Assembly (NCBI GenBank): GCA_043801585.1
Contig: JAZDLX010000030.1
Location: forward strand, 1-32,890
Length of the DNA: 32,890 nt
DNA from: a bacterium
Lineage (GTDB): Bacteria; Electryoneota; Electryoneia; Electryoneales; Electryoneaceae
Direction: 5' to 3'
Shown piece after piece: positions 25,679 to 32,890 of this stretch (positions are counted from its first letter, which is position 1; every line of letters starts with the position of its first letter). The notes beneath the pieces were generated by a model. That model made no database searches and had not been told where the DNA came from. It saw only the letters and a program-made list of their open reading frames with translations. The position numbers and the translations under genes were made by a program.

Positions 25679-26904
25679 AGTTCCGCTCGTTGCGCGTTGT
25701 GCTGAATCACGGCGTCTCCGAAGAGCGGTTCAAGGAGAAGACGAGCCGCTCCCTGGGCGGCTGCGAGATCTCCCAGTTTCGACGTGACGATTTCGATTTC
25801 GTCGACAAGCATTGGGATGACACTGGCCCTGGCTGCTGCGCGCAACGCATCGATCAATAGTTTTCCAACGGTCGAGATGTATCCGCCGATGACGATCAGT
25901 TGAGGATCGAAAAGGGTATAGAGCACGGACAGATTCCGTCCGAGAATCGCCGCCTTTTCAAACAGCGTATCGATGGATACCTGATCACCCGCCCGAATCG
26001 CTTTGACGACAACGCCCGTATCAACACGATCGAGATCTTCTCCGACCATCTCATGGATGATGCTCTTTTCGTTGTTTTTCAGTTTGATCACCAGATCACG
26101 AACGAGCGCCGATCCGCTGCAGACGGTTTCGAGGCATCCACGTTTTCCGCACATGCAGAGTTCACCATGGGGATCGACCGTCAAATGACCGAACTCCCCC
26201 GCGTGACGGTGCGCACCGAAATGCAGGCGATCGTTGACGATGATTCCCATTCCGATGCCACCATAGCCCATGTTGACAAAGAGCAAATCCTTGACACCCT
26301 TTTCGCGATAGATCATGTACTCGCCGTATGCCATTGCGCGTGCATCATTCACCACGACCGCCGGAAGATTCAGACGCTCGGAGAGGATGTCCCTCAACGG
26401 TCGATCAAAATTGAAATAGGTACGGCTGATACCAGTCCTGCTGTCCACCAGGCCGGGCAGTGCCAGCGCACACCCGAGGCTTTGCGACTTCGGCATCTGC
26501 GCGCTGGACATCATCTCCTCTACCCAACCGACAACCGTCTCCAACGCTTCCTCTTTCCGGTTGAGGTCCGGCGACGTGTATAGACGATTTTCCAGCAGGC
26601 GCCCTTCGAGATCGACGATGCACAATCGCGTTGCACGTCTGCCGATATCGACCCCGATAGCCCACTTTGAATTCGACACCAGGGTGTAGAGCTTCGGGCG
26701 GCGACCACCCGTAGATGCTGCTTCTCCCGATTCCTTGATCCAACCGTTGCGCATCAACTTGCGCAGGATGCTTGTCACAGATGGGATGGAACGATTGACC
26801 TCAACCGAAATCTCGGCCACCGTTGCATGACGTCCGCGAAAAAGTCGCAGGATTTTGCGGTCCAAAGGATCCAACTGAATGGTTGTCAGGAGTTCAGTCT
26901 CCAC
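25675..26904 (-). CDS. ROK family transcriptional repressor (NagC/XylR-like)
   Basis: N-terminal wHTH with STGGRRP; GVDIG, PGLVD, NDARA, AGEFGH, C.CGKRGCLE. Confidence 0.93.
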   Translation of the reverse strand: METELLTTIQLDPLDRKILRLFRGRHATVAEISVEVNRSIPSVTSILRKLMRNGWIKESGEAASTGGRRPKLYTLVSNSKWAIGVDIGRRATRLCIVDLEGRLLENRLYTSPDLNRKEEALETVVGWVEEMMSSAQMPKSQSLGCALALPGLVDSRTGISRTYFNFDRPLRDILSERLNLPAVVVNDARAMAYGEYMIYREKGVKDLLFVNMGYGGIGMGIIVNDRLHFGAHRHAGEFGHLTVDPHGELCMCGKRGCLETVCSGSALVRDLVIKLKNNEKSIIHEMVGEDLDRVDTGVVVKAIRAGDQVSIDTLFEKAAILGRNLSVLYTLFDPQLIVIGGYISTVGKLLIDALRAAARASVIPMLVDEIEIVTSKLGDLAAAQGAARLLLEPLFGDAVIQHNAQRAEL

Positions 26905-26922
26905 AATCTATCCTCGGTTAAC

Positions 26923-28026
26923 TCAGCGATTCCTGAAGAACACTTTCATTGGTGTATCCACGGCGATCGTCTTCATCACATCGAGTGGAATTTCCCACCC
27001 GTCAATCGCCCAGCGATGCGTCCCCACCAGGATCGGGCCTTCGTTTCCATCAAAGGGTGTGGGGATACTTGCGTCGCGTGTGTAAAGGATTCTGTGAACA
27101 CGTGAGTAGAACCGCTGTGCGTCATCAACCCAACCGTCATAAAATCCATCCGGCGCGGAGACTCCCCAGTCGGTTCCCAAAAGAATGCGGTCCGGGTACT
27201 GCATCAGCAGCCAGCGGGTTTCGCGTGCATGTTTGGCCAGTTCACCGTAACGTGCCGAAAGGTCGACGTAAACATTCGGGTACTGGTCGAGAAGCCACGC
27301 GACCTGAAGCGGATCCTCACTGCGATTGCCGACGTGAGCGCCGACAAAGGTGACGTTCGGATAGCGCTTGAAAACGTTTTCGAGTTGACGAAGGATGGTT
27401 TCTTTGAACGGCACGTCCGTATCGCCAAATGCCCAGGTGGAATCTTCGATGTAATTGGTCGCGTCGTTCGGTGGCATCCAGAAACGCTCGGGGTCGCCGG
27501 CATGAACGAGAATCGGCATGCTGTATTTTTCCGCGGCTTTCCAGAGCGGATCGAAACGCGGATCGTCCACGGGCACAAGTATGTTGTCTTTGTCGCGAAG
27601 GTACACGCTGAAATATTTATAAAGCTTGATCCCGGCGGCGCCCAGATCCTTGGCGTGATGGATGGACGCCTCGATGTCCTTGGGCCAACTCTTCTTGTTG
27701 AAGGTGGCGAAGTCAGGCGAATAGAGGACGGCAAAGCGGTTCGGGTACCTGCCGAACTCCTTCATGATGGCATCGAAATCCACTCCCATCGGCGGCAGGA
27801 CAACCATGCGCGACAGGCCGAGCGACTCCATGTGTGCAGCGAGACTGTCGGCCGTACCCAGTCCGAGATGGGTGTGGGAGTCTATCGCCAGCACAGGCGG
27901 CTGGTAGGCGCGATCCGGCGACATCGGGACGTAGCGTACCGGACGCTTCGCCTGAACCGTCAGCGTACCCGCCACGAAAAGCGCAGCGAACAATCCCCCT
28001 CGAATCATGTATCGCATGTCATGCAT
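26923..28026 (-). CDS. Exported amidohydrolase_2 family metallo-hydrolase
   Basis: GGAGG-N7-ATG at 28026; signal peptide ending VQA|K; intact DSHTH, GIK, LVHAGDP, GAHVG, LGTD. Confidence 0.87.
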   Translation of the reverse strand: MHDMRYMIRGGLFAALFVAGTLTVQAKRPVRYVPMSPDRAYQPPVLAIDSHTHLGLGTADSLAAHMESLGLSRMVVLPPMGVDFDAIMKEFGRYPNRFAVLYSPDFATFNKKSWPKDIEASIHHAKDLGAAGIKLYKYFSVYLRDKDNILVPVDDPRFDPLWKAAEKYSMPILVHAGDPERFWMPPNDATNYIEDSTWAFGDTDVPFKETILRQLENVFKRYPNVTFVGAHVGNRSEDPLQVAWLLDQYPNVYVDLSARYGELAKHARETRWLLMQYPDRILLGTDWGVSAPDGFYDGWVDDAQRFYSRVHRILYTRDASIPTPFDGNEGPILVGTHRWAIDGWEIPLDVMKTIAVDTPMKVFFRNR

Positions 28027-29671
28027 AACGAAGCCTCCACAAACCCGCAAGGAAGTAAACCGTCATCGCCCCGATCGTCAGAGCGGGCGCCCAGGGTTGT
28101 CCCATTCCTCCTGAGATCACTCCCACAAAGAATACCGCCAACGCCGCGAAAAAGACCAACAGCGTCACCCTTCCCGCACGGCTGGCAGGGATCACGGAAT
28201 ACAGGCCGTCCGCCTCCGACTCCATGTTGATGGAGCCTCGGCGCGCCAGATTGAAATCTGACACCTTTTTGTTGTCCGCCTTTCCCTTGAACAGAACGTG
28301 GCCCAGGGGCATGCCCACCAGGGCGGTCACTCCGCTGACCAGTGTCGCTCCGGCAAACTCGAATCCAAAACCAAACGTGGCCACCGTCCCCGCCGCGACG
28401 CCCATCAGAAGTGCAGTCATGGCGCCCCGGTGATCCGCCCAGTTGGTGAAGCCGTAAATAACCGCGATGACAAACAGCGGCATGTCCATGATCGCTATAA
28501 CCGTCAGGTAGGCGTTGACCACTCCCCCAAGACGTTCGACAAGCAGGCTGATCCCCACCATCAGCAGTCCTGCGCCCAGGGTGGAAAAGCGTGCGACCCG
28601 CAGGGTTTCCGTGCTGGTGGCGTCCCGTTTGAAAAAACGGCGGTAAAGATCGTTGGCCAGCATCGTCGCAACCGCATTCAAATTTCCGGAAATCGTCGAA
28701 ATCTGACTCGACAGCAACCCACAGAGCACAAGACCGAGGATGACAGGTGGAAGCAGCTGACGGTAGAGCAACGGAATCACCGCATCCGGATCGGAAACCC
28801 CGGGAACGATCACAGACCCCGCGAGACCGGGAAGGATCCAAAGCAATGCGAACGGTGTCGTCACGATGCCGGCGATCACCAGACCTTTTGCCACGGACTT
28901 CGTGGAACGCGCACCAAACGCCCGTTGCAACAATCCCTGGTCCACAGCCGCCCACTCAATGCCGAGGAAGAAGATCGCGAGGATGAATTTCCAGTTGAAC
29001 TGACCGACCTGCGGGACCAGGTCCAGCTTTCCCGTACCAGCCAGTTTGTCGATCAGTCCCGGCATCCAGCCAACTTTGGACATCGCCAGTGGAAGCACGA
29101 TCATCGCCGCGACAAGCATCAGGACAAACTGCAGGATGTCGTTCAGCGCCACCGACCACATGCCACCGATCATCGTGTAAAGCACCGTGATCACCCCGAA
29201 CGTCATCAGCCACAGGAGCACCGAATCCACACCGGTGATCTTTGCGGCAGCGACCCCCGACGCGTAGAGCACCACACCAATCCAGAATGTCAGGCGGAAA
29301 ACCCATAACACTCCGACCAGTCCGCGCACGCTTCCCGCGTACCGGTGTTCAAGCAACTCCGGCACGGAACGAATCCTTAACCGGCGAAACACCGGCAGGA
29401 TGAAGAGACCGCTGAAGACAAGGGCCATGTTTCCTGTCCATGTCTGCCAGATGATGGAAATCCCATGCTGGGACGCCGTTCCGGCTTGCCCGATAAAACT
29501 GTACAGGTTCACATTGGTCGCCGTGATCGCAGCCGCAAGAATGAACGGCGGCAAGGCACGGCTGGCGACGAAATAATCATCCGAATGCTTGACAAATTTT
29601 CCGCCCACCATCCCGACATAGAAGGTGAAGGCTAGAAAGACCGCCACCAGCAGGTAGTCAATCGGCGTCAT
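28019..29671 (-). CDS. Sodium:solute symporter (SSS) family, paralogue of 8815-10503
   Basis: DYFVASR, SVPELLEHRY, YTMIGGMWSV, DQGLLQR. Confidence 0.92.
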   Translation of the reverse strand: MTPIDYLLVAVFLAFTFYVGMVGGKFVKHSDDYFVASRALPPFILAAAITATNVNLYSFIGQAGTASQHGISIIWQTWTGNMALVFSGLFILPVFRRLRIRSVPELLEHRYAGSVRGLVGVLWVFRLTFWIGVVLYASGVAAAKITGVDSVLLWLMTFGVITVLYTMIGGMWSVALNDILQFVLMLVAAMIVLPLAMSKVGWMPGLIDKLAGTGKLDLVPQVGQFNWKFILAIFFLGIEWAAVDQGLLQRAFGARSTKSVAKGLVIAGIVTTPFALLWILPGLAGSVIVPGVSDPDAVIPLLYRQLLPPVILGLVLCGLLSSQISTISGNLNAVATMLANDLYRRFFKRDATSTETLRVARFSTLGAGLLMVGISLLVERLGGVVNAYLTVIAIMDMPLFVIAVIYGFTNWADHRGAMTALLMGVAAGTVATFGFGFEFAGATLVSGVTALVGMPLGHVLFKGKADNKKVSDFNLARRGSINMESEADGLYSVIPASRAGRVTLLVFFAALAVFFVGVISGGMGQPWAPALTIGAMTVYFLAGLWRLRYA

Positions 29672-29692
29672 GCGTGCTCCGCTGTGCGTTGG

Positions 29693-31771
29693 TCAACGCT
29701 GGTCTTTCACCGCCTTAAGCAGTAGATGAAGATGAAACTTGACGTCGAGCGTTGCCTTCGGTCCTTCGACTTGCCCGTAGGAAACGCCGTTATCATAATC
29801 CGTGATCTTGTACGTTACCCCTTTTTCCAACCCTCGCAGTTCCACGGGACCTTCGAAACTGTCCGCGAAGAACGAGTAATACATCGTTCCATTCTGCTTC
29901 TCGAAGACGTGCGTTTCCGGCTTGTCAAAGCCAAGAACATAGAGATCGCGGCAGGTGGATTTGGAGAGCATTTCTTCGTTGTAAATGCCCAGCCAGTGAC
30001 GCTGGATCTGTTCACGTTCCGGTGTCAGCAGAAAATCTCCGGATACCGGTTTGGGATCCGGCCAGATGAACTTGCTGCCGGGCACGCCGCCCATTCCAAC
30101 CGTCGACGCAAAATCATCGCCACCCGTCGAAAGCTCGACATGATCGCCATAGAAAGAGATTTTATTGCCGACAATCGCGCGGAGCACAAGGTGTTTGCTG
30201 CGGATCTGCCACGATGACTCCGGGTCGGAACTGACGTACTGGTCGGTCCAGGGCATGTTGTAAAGGCTGAACACGGTGCCGCACGGACAGTTGTGCAGGA
30301 TGGCGTCCGGCTTGACCTCCTTGGCCCCCTCGTAGACCGTCTTGAGAATATCCGGCGAGTGCAGGCTCGTGATGTTTGGATTGTCTGCGTGGTTTCCGTA
30401 ATCCGGCGGCACCAGATTGAAGCATTGCCCATCTGTTTTCAGACCGTCGTATCCCCAGTCTCCAAGGAATTTCTTGACCAAGTCGCGCTGGTGCTGAAGC
30501 ACCCCCGCCTCTGTAGGATCGAGGTAGTAGGTGTCCCACCAGGAGATTTCAGCCGGCGATCCATCCGCGTTGCGCACGATCCAGTCGGGATGATTCTTTG
30601 CGAGCATGGACGCCGGATCGACATCTCCCGGCACCCACCAGAGCATCGCCTTGAGACCCGCACTGTGGATTGAATCCACAAGCGCCTTCATGTCGGCGTC
30701 GCCATTCGGGAATTTTTCCGGGATCAGATCCCAATCCCCGTTGGCGGTCTGGTAGCCGTCGTCAACCCCGGCCCATTTGTACCCCAGCTCCTTGACTTTC
30801 GGCAGGGTCGCCAAAATCTCCTGCGGTTGAAAACGGCGTTCATACCCCCACGCGCACCACATCGGTTCGTAGGCGCTTTCCGGCGGTGTCGGGAAATGCA
30901 GCCCCTGCGCCTCCATGACCCGCCCGTAAGCGTGCAGGCCCGTGTAAGCGTCTCCGGAATGAATCAGGAAATAGAGCGGCGTTTCTTCGTAGCTGCCTGC
31001 TGGAGAAATTTTCACCTGCCCCGTTTCTTCCACCCCAACCTGAACTCCGTTGGCAAGACCCCGCAAAGGAAGGCTCACCGGACGCCAGGTCGGCGAAACG
31101 GAGGCGACAAGAATCCCCCCCTTGTCCGTCCAGATGTCCGTGGCCGGGATACCCCCGCCGTAATCCGGCGCGTTCATGCCCTGGTAGTTCTCCCGCTGGA
31201 ACCCGGGATTGACATCCACAAGCCAGTCATCGCGCCCCTCGGACGACCCTCCGTTGAACGCCCACCAGTCATCAGGCGTCAACGCGGGATTCAGACGGGA
31301 TGCGTCAACCGTGGAGACAAAGATGTGATTCTGCTCCACAACGATATCCTGGTTAGTATTGTTATGGAACACCCGGCGAAAAAGCATACCCTTCTGATGT
31401 GCGGGAGCCGGGGTGAGACGGATCTCCACCGCAACGCCTTCGATCCCGTCAGCTTTCCCCTCGACAACCCATTCGTCGGTGCGATTGTCCCGGTGCATCC
31501 GGCTGAAATCGTATTTCCACCCATGTACCGATCCATCGACTGTCGCCTCGGGGGGAACCGATTCCGTCAACAGTGTTCGAGCACCTTCCCCACTAACTCG
31601 AAAGAGGGTGATAACCCCATTATCAGCGATACGCACCATCGTCCCGCCGTAGCCGTATTCGAGGCCTTCATCCGTCACTACAGGCGCCTTGTCACCTCCG
31701 CAGCCCGCAAGGGTGAATCCCAGCACGGCCAACAGGAATACGATGATGAGAAAGAAACGATAGTGCTTCAC
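29693..31771 (-). CDS. GH36 alpha-galactosidase/alpha-(N-acetyl)galactosaminidase lipoprotein
   Basis: Lipobox LAG|C; WCAWGY, VDDGYQ...GDW, KFPNG, LWWVP, GYDGLKTD (nucleophile), CPCG, SSDP (acid/base). Confidence 0.88.
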   Translation of the reverse strand: MKHYRFFLIIVFLLAVLGFTLAGCGGDKAPVVTDEGLEYGYGGTMVRIADNGVITLFRVSGEGARTLLTESVPPEATVDGSVHGWKYDFSRMHRDNRTDEWVVEGKADGIEGVAVEIRLTPAPAHQKGMLFRRVFHNNTNQDIVVEQNHIFVSTVDASRLNPALTPDDWWAFNGGSSEGRDDWLVDVNPGFQRENYQGMNAPDYGGGIPATDIWTDKGGILVASVSPTWRPVSLPLRGLANGVQVGVEETGQVKISPAGSYEETPLYFLIHSGDAYTGLHAYGRVMEAQGLHFPTPPESAYEPMWCAWGYERRFQPQEILATLPKVKELGYKWAGVDDGYQTANGDWDLIPEKFPNGDADMKALVDSIHSAGLKAMLWWVPGDVDPASMLAKNHPDWIVRNADGSPAEISWWDTYYLDPTEAGVLQHQRDLVKKFLGDWGYDGLKTDGQCFNLVPPDYGNHADNPNITSLHSPDILKTVYEGAKEVKPDAILHNCPCGTVFSLYNMPWTDQYVSSDPESSWQIRSKHLVLRAIVGNKISFYGDHVELSTGGDDFASTVGMGGVPGSKFIWPDPKPVSGDFLLTPEREQIQRHWLGIYNEEMLSKSTCRDLYVLGFDKPETHVFEKQNGTMYYSFFADSFEGPVELRGLEKGVTYKITDYDNGVSYGQVEGPKATLDVKFHLHLLLKAVKDQR

Positions 31772-32890
31772 TTGACCCTCCCAACAGCAAGTGCCCGGGA
31801 ACCCGATGTTGCCGGAACTTCGGCGAGTTTTGTCAGATAGTGAGGTTCGTAAATCTCAATCTTTTCATCTGATGCGAGAGCGATGTAGATCAGATCTCCC
31901 TGGGGGGTAAATCCGATATCCCAGGGCCGGGAATCGAGAGTGATGTACTGGACGAGTGAGCGGCTGGCAAGATCCACCTGATAGAGGATTCCTTCCAGGC
32001 TCCACATGTAAGCCGTTCCCCCATCGGCGATCAGCCCACGTGAACGATCTCCGGAAATGGTTGTATCTCCGTCAGCGATTTCCGTGAGAAAGATGTCGAA
32101 GGATTCCAGATACGAAAAACTTGTGAGATCGATTACGTGAACCTTTGCAGAGAGATCTTCCTGAACGTAGGCTTCATCATCATAGACCGCGAGTCCGGAA
32201 GCGGCACGACCCATGGTGACCGAGTCCGAGAAATCAATTGTCGCGATTTCGGTAAGGGTTCCCTCACTTCCGATTGCGAGCACCTTCAGGATTTCGGGTG
32301 CACCGCTCGCCGCCGAGGCGACGACGATGAGATCATTGGCTGCATCCAGGGCCACGATTCCGGGATCAAACCCATCATCAAAGGAAAGGACACTGGACTG
32401 TGTTTTCGTGGAGAGCGTAACGGTCGAGATTGTGTTCGAAGATGTGTTGACCACGAAAGCATATCCGCCTGACGTCACGAGATATTCAGGACCGACGCCC
32501 ACCATCACATCCGTTCTACTCGAGAGCTCACGGTCGAAAACACTGATATAGCCGCTTACCACTTTGTTGGAGACGACCACGTACTGTCCGTCCTCACTAA
32601 CAACAATGTCTTTCGCGGTTTCGAAACCGGTCACCTGGCTGACTGCCGTGTCCGGCGATGTGAAGTCCAGCATTTCGCCGGTGAGTTGTTCAAGCACATA
32701 AGTTCTGTACCAGCCACCGTCATCATAATCGCCTGATGTAAAGAACCAGGAGGAGTCGCCATATTCGGGGTCGATTGACAGAGAGTTGTCATTCTGATCT
32801 TTAATATTTCCTGACACGTGAATCCTATACCGCGCTGACACTTCATAATTCACGGACGGCGTGAATGTCAGATAGTGTTCATAGGTATAG
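31768..32890 (-). CDS. Partial: Ig-like (Big_5/SbsA) domain plus YncE/YVTN-type beta-propeller
   Basis: The frame is open to the window end (YLTFTPSVNYEVSARYRIHVSGNIKDQNDNSL). Propeller motifs VGVGPEYL, AFVVNTSSNTIS, PWDIGFTPQG. The stop overlaps the GH36 start (GTGA). Confidence 0.75.
   Translation of the reverse strand, partial: YTYEHYLTFTPSVNYEVSARYRIHVSGNIKDQNDNSLSIDPEYGDSSWFFTSGDYDDGGWYRTYVLEQLTGEMLDFTSPDTAVSQVTGFETAKDIVVSEDGQYVVVSNKVVSGYISVFDRELSSRTDVMVGVGPEYLVTSGGYAFVVNTSSNTISTVTLSTKTQSSVLSFDDGFDPGIVALDAANDLIVVASAASGAPEILKVLAIGSEGTLTEIATIDFSDSVTMGRAASGLAVYDDEAYVQEDLSAKVHVIDLTSFSYLESFDIFLTEIADGDTTISGDRSRGLIADGGTAYMWSLEGILYQVDLASRSLVQYITLDSRPWDIGFTPQGDLIYIALASDEKIEIYEPHYLTKLAEVPATSGSRALAVGRVK

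Overview
This window looks like DNA from an FCB-group bacterium: it has T9SS C-terminal sorting domains (CTDs), a PorV-like protein and a TonB-dependent receptor (TBDR) with no SusD. The lineage is inferred from protein style only. All well-supported genes are on the minus strand. (1) About 6.6-32.9 kb is a tightly coupled, operon-like sugar (probably hexosamine/galactosamine) utilisation locus. In transcription order it encodes: Ig/beta-propeller protein (partial), GH36 lipoprotein, SSS symporter, exported amidohydrolase, ROK repressor, GlmU-like nucleotidyltransferase, GHMP kinase, TBDR, T9SS cargo, PorV-like barrel, second T9SS cargo, unclassified GH, SIS isomerase/deaminase, PfkB kinase, divergent amidohydrolase, YjbQ, second SSS, an unannotated 51-aa membrane protein, class II aldolase and a stand-alone exported GINT1_N-like propeller. 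(2) 4.27-6.4 kb is a GH-like lipoprotein gene bracketed by a duplicated 3' end of the neighbouring gene, which suggests an insertion scar. (3) 3.4-4.1 kb is a cluster of REP-like palindromes arranged as two inverted doublets; two ORFs break at their outer edges. (4) 1-3.4 kb is a tandem array of secreted T9SS propeller paralogues joined by a conserved hairpin spacer, one of them frameshifted in a G10 tract. All family calls come from motif recognition by eye, not from database searches.
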